From the human T2T-CHM13v2.0 reference genome, Homo sapiens, in assembly GCF_009914755.1 (NCBI RefSeq), contig NC_060929.1: a stretch of 64,000 nt of DNA. One strand, 5' to 3'. Shown in pieces: positions 13,757-28,110 of this stretch (its first letter is position 1; each line of letters begins with the position of its first letter). Below the pieces are notes generated by a model. It was not told the DNA's origin. It did not search any database and saw nothing but the letters and a program-made list of their open reading frames with translations. The translations under genes were made by a program, and so were the position numbers.

Positions 13757-16200
13757 ATGTCAAAACGGCCTGCCAATACCCCATGGGTAACAGTGATATG
13801 AAAAAGAGGAAGCATTTGTATTTGTCTGTAGCACAGAATGTTAAGCTGTTGAAGAAACTGGGCAGCAGTGTAAATGTGACACATCTTATGGAAGAGTTTG
13901 GTGTTAGAATGACCATTATATATGACCCTAAGAAACAGAAAAATAATCGTGGGAGTTCTCTGCTGAAAATAATCAACCGAAGTTAATTTAAAAAAATAGA
14001 TAAATGCTGCATAAATCTAAAAATGAAGATCTTAATCGTGTATTGAATAGAAAGAGTGGATCTATCAGTATTGCAGTAAACACATGACATTCAATGGTAT
14101 ATTGATCACAAAACAAGTGAGTATTTATCATGATGAACCAAAAATTGAAGAAAATGTAAGCGTTCAATAGGCTGGTTACAGAAATTTAAGAAAAGATACA
14201 GCATTAAATTTTTAAATATTTGTGGTGATAAAGCATCTGCTAATCACAAAGCAGTGGAGAAATTCATGGATGACTTTGCCAAGGTCATCAGTGATAAAAA
14301 TCTGATGCCAGAACAAGTCAATAATGCTGACAAAACATCATTGTTCTGGTTTTAATGCCCCTGAAAGACACTGGCTACAGCTGATGAGAGAGCCCCTACA
14401 GGAATGATGGATGCCAAGGACAGAACAGCTATTCTGGGATGAGCGTATGCCGCAGGCATGCATACATGTAAACTTGTTGCGATAGGCAAAACTTGTATCC
14501 TTGCTGTTTTCAGGAGTGACTTTCTTACCAGCCCATTATTATGCTAATAAAAGGCATGGATCACCAGGGCCATCTTTTCTTACTGGTTTTACAAACATTT
14601 TGTACCAGTGGCTCATGCTTACTGCAGGGAACCTGGACCAGATGACAACTGCAATATTTTGTTATTCCTTGACAACTGCACTGCTCTCGTTCCAGCTGAA
14701 ATTCTCATGAAAAATATTTATGCCATGTACTTTCTCCCAAATGTGACTTCATTAATTCAACCATGTGACCAGGGTATCCTTTGTAAACAAAAGTATCTGA
14801 GACAGGTCTCAATGAATTTAGAATGTTTATTTTGCCAAGGTTAAATATGTACACCAAGCAAACATGTCTGTGCCTTTCTCCAAAGATTATTTTGAGGGCT
14901 TCAATATTTAAAGGGAAAGGGTGGATATTGGGGAAAAAGGAATACATCTTTTAAAGTTGTGGGTAGATAAGAGACAAATTGTTTCATTCTTTTTTGTGTT
15001 TGATCAGCCTTTCACTGAATACACAATTTACATGTTGGCAGGGAGGGGGGGTTGGGGGGGTGGTGGGTAGAGGAATAATAGTCACTCATGCTTTCATGTA
15101 GCTCAGTGAATCACACTTTTACATCAGGTGAAGCATTCAGATGTGCATTTGTCTTAAGTGAGCAGAGGGATGACTTTCGGTTTTGTCCTTTGTCCTGCAA
15201 CTGTTTAGATAAGCTATCAATTTACACTGTCAGGATAAAATTCAACAGAACCATTTTAGGGTAAAGATCTTGAGCCCACAAGGAATTTCCAAGTGGGCAA
15301 ATTGTGAGGAAGGTATGTAGCTTGCTTGCTTGCCTTTCTTTCTTTCTTTCCTTTCTTTCTTTCTTTCTCTTTCTTTTTCTTTCTCTCTCTCTTTATCTTT
15401 GTAGCTATCTTCTTTAGGAATAAAATGTGAGGCAAATTGTCTGATGCAATTCCCACCTTGACTTTTTCATTTGGCTTAGTGATTTGGGGGTCCTGAGATT
15501 TATTTTCCTTTCACACCATATACAGAAGAAGAGTAAATATAAAAACACTTTCTTGAACAGCAGGCTAGCAGCAGGGAACAGGGGCATGGGTGTGGAAAGT
15601 TTTCAAAAGAGTTTGGCGTGAAAGATGCCATATATACTGTTCCAACACTTGGAACACAATAACTAGAGACACAGTTGTGCATGCGTGGTGCAATATCTGG
15701 CCTGCAGGTATTCTCAGTGATGATGAAGAACAAGGTAGTGACTTTGAAGGATTCTGTATGTCAAGTTGAAAAAAAAGTCTGACCTCCTGCCATATGTGAA
15801 ATATACACCTTCCGAGTCTGTCAGTAGGCTGAAAGAAGAGGATATGGAAGAAGTTTTTACTGTCCATGATGACACTTCAGTTGTTCATTCATTGACTGAT
15901 GTGAATGGTCAAAATGGTTCTGAATCAAGGTGAGCATTGTAAGAGTGATGACGAAGATGATGTTTACACTGGAGAAAAAGCACCTATAGATGACATGGTG
16001 AAAGTATGTAATGGGCTTATTGAAGGACTGGAGCATTGTGCATTCGTAACAGACCAAGGAGTCACGTGAGTTCATAAAATCAAAGACGGACTTCTTCCAC
16101 AAAAATTGTTGTTAATGAGGCAGATGACTCTGGAAGAAACTTTAAAAACCACCCAGCAGAATGTCTGTCATCTCTAGAGTTCCCACTTCCTAGTCCCTGA
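13757..16200 (+). pseudogene. Decayed Tigger4 pogo-family transposase (CENP-B-like HTH + DDE)
   Basis: MSKRPANTPMGNSDMKKRKHLYLS, GWLQKFKKRY, EQVNNADKT, ILLFLDNC and PNVTSLIQPCDQG motifs; multiple stops, frameshifts and an LTR insertion. Confidence 0.85.
14782..15515 (-). mobile_element. MER4A-type ERV1 solo LTR
   Basis: Ends gatttattttcctttcaca (reverse of TGTGAAAGGAAAATAAATC); TG..CA termini; 4-bp TSD cctt/ccat; internal (CTTT)n at ~15320-15395. Confidence 0.85.
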
Positions 16201-16884
16201 ACTGCTTCTGATGTTTTCACCTAAAAATAAAGTAAAATGCAGTGTACAGTAATATTTTAAACAAAATGCCACATCATAACTGGAAACTGAATGCCTGCTG
16301 CTTGTTGCTGTTGTTGTTTAACAGCTGATACAAGTGTTCTGGGGGTGCTACTGTGCTGCTTACTTATCCTGAACACATTAATTTTTCACTGTACTAATGG
16401 TATGTCATATTTTTTACTGTTAATTACTTATGTGTGAATATGTGTAAAGAAATGATTGCTTATTGATAGCATGTAAATTCAAAGTCAGGAATGATGGGGA
16501 TGACAAACAACCACAGACTGTCCATGTGGATGGCTGAGATTGTTGACACCATTGCTTTCTGATGGTTCAGTGTGCACACATTTTATTTCATGCACAAAAT
16601 TATTTAAAATATATAAAATTACCTTCAGGCTAGGTATATAACGTACCTATGAAACATAAATAGATTTTATGTGTAGACTTTGGTCCTATCCCTAATATAT
16701 CTCAGCATGCCTATGAAAATATTCCAATATCCACCCCCAAAAATATCCAAAATCCTAGACACTTCTGGGTCCTAAGCATTTCAAATAAGGGATACTCAAT
16801 CTAGAATAATTCTGAGATTAGTTGAATAATCAGGAAATTAACAATTACATTTCTTCATTATGTTTATTAAAGAAAAATTGATTC

Positions 16885-17252
16885 GTACTATTAAGTTACT
16901 TTGGTAGGGCTGCTACAACAAAGTACCACAAACTGGGTGGCTTGAATCACAGAAATTTATTGTGTCATAGCTAGGAATCCAAGATTATGGTAGCTTCAGA
17001 GTTGAAGTAGAATCTGGCCCAAGATTCTCCCTGGCTCCTGGTGGTTTGTTGGTAATGTTTTGTATTCCTTGGCTTTCTTGAAGAATCTTATCTCTGCTTT
17101 CATCTTTACATGGCATTCTCCCTATATTGGGGTTTGTCTCCAAATTTCTCATTTTATAAAGAAATAATCTCCAAATAAAGTTAAATTCTGAGGTACTGGG
17201 GTTTAGGACTTGATCATGTGAATTTTTAGGGGACACAATTCAACTCATAACA
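16885..17252 (-). mobile_element. MLT1B/C solo LTR
   Basis: agggctgctacaacaaagtaccacaaactgggtggctt...ttctgaggtactgggg...ggacacaattcaactcataaca. Confidence 0.85.
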
Positions 17253-17334
17253 ACCATAAATTTGTACAATTATATTTTTTGCTATGATAACAATACTGCC
17301 TTATTTTTCCAATAGGTATATTCCATGTTAAATT

Positions 17335-17480
17335 TTATTTGTTTGTTTTTAAATTGATTTATGTAGAGATGGGGTCTCATCATGTTGCCCAGGGTGGTCT
17401 TGAACTCCATGCCTCAAGCAATTCTCCCACCTCACCTTCCCAAAGCATTGAGATTACAGATGTAAACCAATGCATCTGGT
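17335..17480 (-). mobile_element. Alu left monomer (FLAM-like)
   Basis: gtagagatggggtctcatcatgttgcccagg...gcctcaagcaattctccc...gattacaga; single arm. Confidence 0.8.
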
Positions 17481-17873
17481 TATTTTGTTTAATCTTAGAT
17501 TTCTTATACAGTGCTTATCATCAACTTGGAGATGATATTTTCTTCCCTTTCATTTCAATATTTTTGCTATTTCAATAGTTATTTGTAGCCCTATAATAAT
17601 ATAAAATAGGGAAAAAATCTATCCATTTTAGAGTCAATTGATTTGTTGGTAAATGGTTTGAAAACTGTTGGTAAAAATTGAATTTGGAGACCATGTTTAA
17701 ACTCAATTATGCATGCCAATATTGTTCCCAACACTATAAATAATCCAGTCTTGATTATAAGTTATCAATGATTTATTCAAATTCACAATTCTTTTAAAAA
17801 AGTAAACAGCACTTCTTTGTGCACAAAAAATGCTTTTAAACTTGATGTTTTAAAACAATGTTTGGTTTATTTT

Positions 17874-18295
17874 TGTACTAGTCAGTTATCTCCAGAGAAA
17901 CAGACATGCATATATAGAGAGAAATTTTATTTTAAAGAATTGGCTTACACAATTTTGGAAGCTGACAAGCATAAAATCTGCAGGTTAAACTGGCAGTCTG
18001 AAGACCCAAGAAAGAACTGATGTTACAGCCTCAAGCCTGAAGGCAGTCTGGAGGCAAAATTCTCTCTTCCTTGGGGAACCTGAGTCATTTATCTTAATGC
18101 CTTCAACTGGTGGGATGAGGCCCACTCACATTATGGTTGGTAACTGCTATACTCAAGGTCTACTGATTGAAATGTTAATATCATCTAAAAAAAAAAACAG
18201 TCTTCGTAGCGACAATTTGACCAGTGTTTGACCCAAAACTGGCAAAACTGGGTACTATGTCCTACCTATGCTGACATATAACACAACACATCACA
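17874..18295 (-). mobile_element. MLT2 (ERVL) solo LTR
   Basis: tctccagagaaacaga...gaattggcttacacaatt...gatgaggcccactcacattatgg...catcaca. Confidence 0.85.
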
Positions 18296-19106
18296 ATCCT
18301 GTGTCATTAAATCCTGTTAGGCCTCAAGGTGAAGGCCTGCTCTGTGGTTCATACAGACAGAAGTGAAAGCATTTCACACGTTAATAACTGATCACTTCAC
18401 ACAGACACACACACAAATCCGTATCTAGTTTTAATATTCTTCCTGAAAAACACGAAAAAAAACTAATCAGAAAAAAAGAAAAAGAAAGTTGTTCAAATAA
18501 TTAAAACACTATTTGACCACTTACATTATGGTTTGGGAAAAAGTAACTTAATTAAACTGTTGCAATGTCTCCTGTGAATTTAATCAATGCAAAATATGGA
18601 ATCAATGTTCAATTAAAATCTTAATGTGTGTCTCCTATTTTGATGAGTGTAGGTAAATTTTTACCAGCCTAAATTATCTTCATAAAATGCATGCACAATT
18701 GCTGGGCTAGAGATTGTTTTTCAAACCGCGCCAGAAAAAGTCAGATCTAGCCTCAGCTCAAGTATCTACTCTGCGTGCAATGCATTGCATATTCCAGTTA
18801 CGGTAAACTATTCATCATTTGTCAATGTCCTATCTGGAATACTGCCGGAAATGCTCTTCCATCACTCCCATCACCTATTTTCCTTCTAAAATTCAGCCCA
18901 CAAATCACTCCAGGTGTCATTTTCTGATTTTCTTTAAGTCCTAAATTCTTGTATAATACCATCGAGTTTTGCATGAATTTCAGTGTGAGTGTGCATATCA
19001 TATTAAACTGTGATCAACCATGCACCTATCTTTTGCTGGATTGTGCTGCATCAACTTGGCTAAAGTTATAAACTATATTTCCCAGTTCCTTGAGAAACTC
19101 AAATAC

Positions 19107-19625
<519 letters not shown>

Positions 19626-19699
19626 AATGGAAGCCTTTTAAATTGTTTATTTGTATAATCAAACAGAGAGGTTTTACGTCTAGTAAACAAATTGATGTA

Positions 19700-21720
19700 T
19701 CACTTGAATCACTGCAATAGAGTTTATAGCCCTATTCACAGGCCCAAGAGCCTTTTGAATGAAATGGAAGCCTGATCTCTTTAGGGAAGGAACAATACTA
19801 CACTGTCAGAAATTAAGAATTTAAATCTTCCTCTTATTCATTTCCAAAGTACCTGAAACTCTTTACCAGGTCAGTGTGCTTTGTGGAAGAGAAATAAATG
19901 CTCTTCATAGGCTCTAAAGAGATACTTATTCTTAGGAACCCAAAGTGTTGTTATGGTTCATTAGTCAAAGTAGGAGTTTACAGAATTGATTAATGTAGTT
20001 TTAGCACAGTTCTATCTCACATGGGGCCAGAAGGTCCCCAAATCTATTCTGTGGTATTTTTTCTCCAATTCCAAAATGCAAAGTTGGAATCCAAATACTC
20101 AGCCCTGGAAATATTTCTATACGGGTTTCTTGATTTGTTGACTGAGGACTATTACAGAAGAAATATGAAGTTGAACTGTCTCTACTACCAAAGTAATAAA
20201 AGCAATAACCACACTCATGGAAGAGATGTGGAGATTAGCGCCTCCATCAGGAACTTAAAGGACGCAGGGGCTGTGCAGGAGACTTGAATCTTGGAAAATG
20301 GCAATAGAATATAAACTTAATCATATGGCGACTCCAGTGGTAACTGCTGTTCAGTTGTGTGTGTGTGTTCATTTCATTGAAAAAAATGAACACAATCCAT
20401 TACCAGGTATGTGGCTATAAATCTGGTGAATGCTTTTATGGCTATATTTTTTAATGAAGTGTACTGAAACAGTTTGCTTTCAGCTGGCAGAATCTGCAAA
20501 ATTGTCTAACTTCCAGACTATATCAACTCTGCAGTCCTATGTAATAATATATCCATGAGAATCTTGGTGACCTCTGCATTCCACGGGACATGATGCTGGC
20601 CTTCTACAGTGCTGATCAGACCTAGTAAGCACAAAGTCGCAAATATCCCAGACACCCTGACCACAGACACACATGTATACCAAGGACAGGAATAAATACC
20701 TAAAACTGTAAGGCACTGCCACCTTCTTAGATGTCTTGGTGAGAGGTCCACTGTTCAGAGGGCACACTGAGATATAAGGCGAAGGCCTTTTTGGATCTGT
20801 AGTGTGCTACCTCTTTAATGGGAAATCTTAGAGGCTATCAGTATTGAATGGTGACCAGAGGAAAATACTGCTCTACATATAGGTCTGGGCTGTCATACAA
20901 ACTGATCTGCTACTGGGGCCTCATGACCTAGCAGATCCAAAAGTATTCAACATGTTTGTGGCAGATGCAAATGCTGTTTAGAACCTTCGAGAGGTCGCTG
21001 TAGAAGCACAATGCAAAACTTCAGGATTTTGGAGCAAAACTTTGTCATCTTTTGCACACACAGTGTTCTCTTTTGATAGCTCCTGGTGTGCTACTGGACC
21101 TTAGTAGAGATAGAATGTCTGACTCTGAGCCACTAAGTAACCATTCAACCTCTTCTGCCCTTCAAGAACTGGGAAATGTCTGAAAAAACAAGTAATGAAA
21201 CGTGTGTATAGCAGCACTCCATTACAAGTTGTAGTTTTATATACGAGATTGGTCTCAAGCAAGACCTAAAGGTAAAAGTAAGAGGCTCAGATTTGCATGG
21301 CTCCTCCTCTTGCTGCATTAACTGCTGTCTCTCAACGCAAGCATACTGTAACATATTGATGGAGGAGGAAAATGCTGAGTCTCGTTTACTGATAATTCTA
21401 TGTAACATGCTGGCATCACCTAAAGTGGAGAACTGCGAGATTACTGCCCCATCCAAGAAAACCCTTCAGCAGCCCCATTCTTCAGGAACCGTGAAGGACT
21501 ATGGCAAAGGTAAACACTTTCTGTGGGTAGAACTCCAAAAAATGCCCCCAAGTGTTCCTTTTCCTGGAAGGAAATTATCAGGGGTATATATCTATGTACA
21601 TAAGCTAATAGATTGTGCAGATAATCCAAAATGTCAAAGGACCAGACTGGAAAATGGGTAACAAAGAGGTGTGGGGAAGAGCTGTGTATACTGTGACAAT
21701 AGTCACGGTATAAAAGTATT
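19700..21720 (+). mobile_element. ERVL internal region (pro/pol remnants), heavily decayed
   Basis: ERVL-like segments: gagattagcgcctccatcaggaacttaaaggacgcagggg, cagtttgctttcagctggc, caggattttggagcaaa, ctactggaccttagtagaga. Confidence 0.7.
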
Positions 21721-22318
21721 TTTGTCCCACCGTAAATGGTATGAAAGAAATGCTGGGGTATAGAATGGGATATGTAGAAGGGATTAAGTCAGTAATTATT
21801 AAGATTTAGAAGGGGAGTCACCTATGCTTTTAAAAACAATGTAATGTAGAGCTTGCCTCCAGAAAAATACATGTATATGGTACATACTTTACACTTTCTG
21901 AAGGTTCATGAACCTTCCAATCAAAACGATGTCTACAAACCTCTTAGATTAAAGGTCCAAAACATCATTTTCAATAGCACAGATCTGATAAGAATTGGAA
22001 ATCAACTAACTACCTGATTTTAAAGTGAGCAAAAAATGCTTTAAAGCTAGCCTCCAAGTAGACAGACTAATTAACTGAGTACTTTACCATATTAGAATCT
22101 ATCCAGTCTCTTTCCCAGTCTGTTCCTCTTTGCCTTCTCCGCTCTCTAAAACAAAAGAACCAGAACATTTTATGAATAATCTTAGAGATCAACTCACCTA
22201 ACCCCCCTCTCCCTGAGTTTTACTGATGAATAAACAGACCCCAAAGATAAAGTGAGGCACCAGCATAGTGTGACAAAATCAGACATAATCGTTATCATAG
22301 TTACAGTATACTTTCTTT

Positions 22319-22396
22319 GTGCTACTATGTTTATGTTTTACATGTATTCAATAACATGTGCTACCATGTTTGTGTTTTACATGTATTGAGTAACTT
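22319..22396. repeat. ~39-bp tandem duplication
   Basis: gtgctactatgtttatgttttacatgtattcaataac / gtgctaccatgtttgtgttttacatgtattgagtaac. Confidence 0.8.
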
Positions 22397-22500
22397 AATT
22401 CTCACACAATTCTACTAGTATCATCTCCAAGGAAACTGTGACTTGGGAATTAACTTGTCCCAAGTCACATGGTTGGCATGTAATGAAAGTACCTGGTACG
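22390..22500 (-). mobile_element. MIR fragment
   Basis: aattctcacacaa...ggaaactgtgactt...taacttgtcccaagtcaca core. Confidence 0.55.
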
Positions 22501-23619
22501 TGGCCTGACATGAATGGGCATTAAGTGAGAAAATAATACCATTTCTTTCCTTCTTCTTGTTCCTTCTTGACAGAACTATCTGATGATGAAACGACCCAGA
22601 CTCAATTTTCCCAACTTCAGAGCCTTTTCTATCCATGATCCCTCATTCCTGCCTTTCTTGCCATTCCTGTCCTGTCTCTCAACCTGACAATGAAGCATTT
22701 ATATCGGATCAAATGAAACTCGCATACTTTCTGTGACTTAAAATCAGAAGTTTCCCTTGTCAATTTCCCTTGCCACCTCTAAGAAAAGCTTATCTATGTT
22801 AAGTTCCTTTTTACTGATTTGTATTTTTATGTTCCCCCAAAATTTCACATTGATATATAAGAATTTTCTGTTGCTAGTTTAAATAATTTTCTGCATGATT
22901 CAATGATTATAAATATTTATCTCCAAAATAATATGATCTATTTTTCTTTATTTATCCTCAGTATATATTTCCTTTAACTGAGATCCAGTCATCTGAAGTA
23001 TCTAGGTAGACTTGATTTGATATAAAATTATAAACTAACCCTCTTAAGAAAATGTCCAAAGTGACATTTAGACATTTGCTCTTTCATGAAAGATTCTAAC
23101 ATATATTATTGTGGTTATTATTATCAATATTATCTCCAAAATTATATTGCAACTCTTTAGTTAGGTAAGTAAAGATCCTGCTCTTCTGGAAACTGCCTGC
23201 TTCCCTTTCCATAAAATAGTTAAGTTTCTTTAACTATTTTCTTCTAATTCAAACGCTTTACCACATGACTTTTTTTAGACCATTATGGAAAAGAAAGTCA
23301 AAACATTGCTGGGTATAAGGATTCCTGGACTCTGAAACATCAAAATTTCAAACACTAATTATTCTAGTCTAAGTTATAACCAGCTCATCTTGAAACTAAT
23401 GAAGAAAATAAGAGCTAAATGTGTTTAGCATAAGTCAGATGATTATATTTGATCAGTGAACATGAATTAAGAGTTTAACAATATTATGCATGAAAAGAAT
23501 AAAAGTGAGGGAATCACGTATTTTCTAGTTTTCCAAACAAAATGCAGGTTTTCATGGCAAGTAATTGACTTTCCCAGGTGATTTTATTAATTGAAAACCT
23601 GAGGTACTAAAAGTTTATT

Positions 23620-25101
<1,482 letters not shown>

Positions 25102-25420
25102 CAGGAGTCAGTTTTCTATATCACTTGACTTTCTTTGCTCAGAAAGTCCAGCAACATGTTGCTCTAGGTCTTTGTTTAAAAAAATGTTATTGTGCCCAAA
25201 GTATTTAAAAATTTCTAAGACTTAGTATCTATTTCCTTATTAGAACTAAGAAAAAGAGAGCTCACAGGTAGTGTCTGATCAAAAACCACAAGCTTGCTGC
25301 ACACTTGGCCTATTTAGGATTCAAGTTAGAAACTGTCAACTGAGAGATGTTAATTATCTTCTTTTTAAAAGTTGCTTGTAGATCCACTGTTTTAGCCCAG
25401 AATATTTCATAAAATGACAC

Positions 25421-25793
25421 TGATACGTTTTGAATATATGTCCCCACCAAATCTCATGCTGAATTTTAATCCCCAGTGTTGGAGGCGGGGGCTGGTGGGA
25501 GGTGTTTGGGTCGTGGAGGCAGATCCCTCAGGCTTGGTGCTGACTTCCTGATACTAAGTTCCTGCAAGATCTGGTTGCTGTAAATTGTGGCACCTCCCCA
25601 CCACTTTTCTCTCTTGCTCCTGCTGGCCTTCCACCATGAATAAAAGCTCCCTGAGGCTTCCCCTGGAAGTCTAACAGATGCCAGCAGCATGCTTGTACAG
25701 CCTGCAGAACTGTGAGCCAATTAAACCTCTTTTCTTTATAAACTACCCAGTCTCAGGTATTTCTTTATAGCAATACAAGAATGGACTAATACA
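25421..25793 (+). mobile_element. MSTA-type solo LTR
   Basis: tgatacgttttg...ccaaatctcatg...gaactgtgagccaattaaacctc...ggactaataca; perfect 5-bp TSD gacac. Confidence 0.9.
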
Positions 25794-26739
25794 GACACAT
25801 CATTTTTTTGTGTGTGGTAAATTCTTCCAATTTCTCACCTTGCATTCCCAGTGCTGCCCTAACTGGACCTGGGGAGTTTCATCATACTTTCTTCAATACA
25901 AAGATTGTGAATACCTATGAACTCTTTTAAGACAATTTGTATTCTGCCATCAGGCTTCCTAAGCTACCTTGTGGATCCACATGCAACAGAATCAGAACTT
26001 TCAAAGCAGTCACCAAACATGTAACTGACAACTTAAAAAAAAAAAATTCAAAATGAAATTAACAAGCACCAAGGGTGTTATTATTCTCTTATATTTCTTT
26101 TAGCAGCATTCCATCACTATCTGCTTCTTCCACTTCAGAAACCTGCAAAACTGCTGTAGAATATCAAGCAATTGTTCTAGTGAAGTCAATTATTTTTTAG
26201 CTCACTGCAAAACATCTGTTGACCCACGTTTTAGTCTTCTGTTCACTCTCTTCCAAGTATGTACTTGGGAAAACAACAGGACATCAACCAGGCAAGCTCA
26301 TTACCATTTTCCACAGATAAATCTTTACAGTCGGTGTGAAAAATCTCACCCTGAACTATGGTGGCTGTAGTGAAAAGAACCATGGACAGACACAAGTATG
26401 ACTTGTGAACATGATTCATAAAGCACCCAGAGCCCCAGTGTGGCAACACCAGATGAAAGAAAAAGGTTCTACCATGTTATCAAAATCATGTCATTCTCAC
26501 TTTCCCTCAACAGTACCTAAATTTTAAAAAGAATATAAGCATAATGATGAAATACTACAAAAGTATCAATTGAGATCACACTGCACTCAATGAAAATTAT
26601 CCATGTTTATGAAAATAAAGATCTGTATCCAAAAAAATAGCAAAGTGTCCACAATAAATTATAAACACCAGGACATCAGGGACATTGATCTCTATATCCC
26701 AAAGCCTAGAAAAGTGCCCAGCACCTAATAACAATACTA

Positions 26740-26960
26740 ACTTTTGAACATTTCACCACGTGCCAGGCACAGTTCTGATATGCTCCATGTTTCAACTTAA
26801 GGCTTACAGGCCAGGCTTACAGGCCACCAGTGAATCTATAAAGTTTCAGTTTATATATGAGAACTGAAGCACGGGATTAGATAATATTCCGAGACAACAC
26901 AAATTAGTAGCAGATGGGTTAAACTCAGGCCGCGCATGTCTAGAATATGCACACTTACAT
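26740..26960 (-). mobile_element. MIR
   Basis: cacgtgccaggcacagttct...gagaactgaagcacgggattagataa...taaactcaggc. Confidence 0.55.
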
Positions 26961-27189
26961 GCTTGTTGAAAAAACTGTGTTGATTAGTATCAAACTAGCT
27001 TTAGAAAATAGAAGTTAAAAAAGGCAATAGACTTTGGCAAATTATTTGAGTAAAACGTCAAATGTCAGATATGTCGAGGCATGGGTAGCCTTCTAAGGGG
27101 TCACGTCTATGGAAGGAAAAAGTTTGGCTTAACAAATAGGAAAGTGAGAAAAAGAATGAAACAGTAAAATAACAGGATCTCGTGATGGG

Positions 27190-28110
27190 GAAAAGGCGGC
27201 CTGCCCAGACCTAAACGCCTCGCGGCCTCGCAGGCGACGCGGGGATGACTCAGCAGGACAGAAGGGAGGGAAGCTCCAGACGCCACGGCCCTCTTCGAGA
27301 TGAAAGTACCTCCCATCCTAAGGGACTGGCGTTCCAGGAACAGCTGCGCTGGCTGAGCCGGCTCAGTGAGGCGGAGCGGCCAAGCCTTCAGTCCACTCCC
27401 ACTCCCCGATGAAAAACCCAAGACCGGGTAGCGCAGCCCCTCCGCGCACGCGTAACACGAGGAGACACCGCCCACACGCCAGACGCGCTGTGATTGGCCC
27501 CAGCTACCCTCGGACCGAGATTCCTATTGGTCCCAGGTGCCGAGCATGCGCACTTTGGTCGTGGGCGCGTGTGTGGAATGGGAGGAGGTCGCGCTGTCCA
27601 TGGGCGTCCTTGGCCTGCGCCACCCAGGTGAGCGCTCCGGAGGCTGCGATCCCCGGGTCCCGACCGCCCGCCTAGCACTGGCCTGATGGGGAAGCGTCCC
27701 GGGACTGGAAGGGCAGCCGGCTTGCGCGCGTGGTTCCCACGCCCCTCGGGCTCGGGGGATCGCTCCGGGTGCTGGCTGCGGGCTCGGCGGGGAGGACCCC
27801 GGGAGCGCGTCCCTGGGCCCCACGTCGGCCTCTGCGCGGGCAAGCCCCTGGGCTCTTTGGCTCTAGACGCTTTCCAGGCCTGGGGAAACCGCATGCGTGG
27901 ACGTGGGAAACGGGGCGCGTGACGGGGAGGGGCGCGCCCCGGGGGCCTGTGGTCGTTCCGAGCTTCCACCTGGCCCGACGCAGGCATGTGCCCTGCCCGC
28001 CGCGTCGTCCCTGGGCCTGCGGGGGCTGGGGCCTCAGCTGAGAGTCCTGGGAAGGTGGTGCTGGATTGTGGCTCTGTCGCGGGGATGAGGGGTTGATCTG
28101 GGAAGCCCTC
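27190..28110. promoter_or_regulatory. CpG island / probable promoter
   Basis: ~0.9 kb of unique GC- and CpG-rich DNA in an AT-rich, CpG-poor background; ATTGG at 27493 and 27526; NRF1-like gcgcacgcg (~27444), gcatgcgc (~27544) and cgcatgcg (~27890). Confidence 0.88.
27540..27627 (+). other. Candidate first exon (start approximate)
   Basis: Strong donor CAG|GTGAGC at 27627/27628 just downstream of the CCAAT/NRF1 cluster; no transcript evidence available. Confidence 0.45.

Larger units (their letters stand above)
13440..16803 (+). mobile_element. Tigger4 (Zombi) DNA transposon, near full length, interrupted by MER4A
   Basis: Pogo-type transposase remnant plus 3' TIR ...taagcatttcaaataagggatactcaatct; 5' TIR not recognised. 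Confidence 0.85.

Noticed and set aside
13757-16200. Domesticated TIGD/JRK-like gene
   Set aside because: Many stops and frameshifts, an LTR insertion, and a retained TIR
25960-26450. Possible minus-strand exons upstream of the island
   Set aside because: Splice signals are weak and there is no coherent frame, so they cannot be supported from sequence alone
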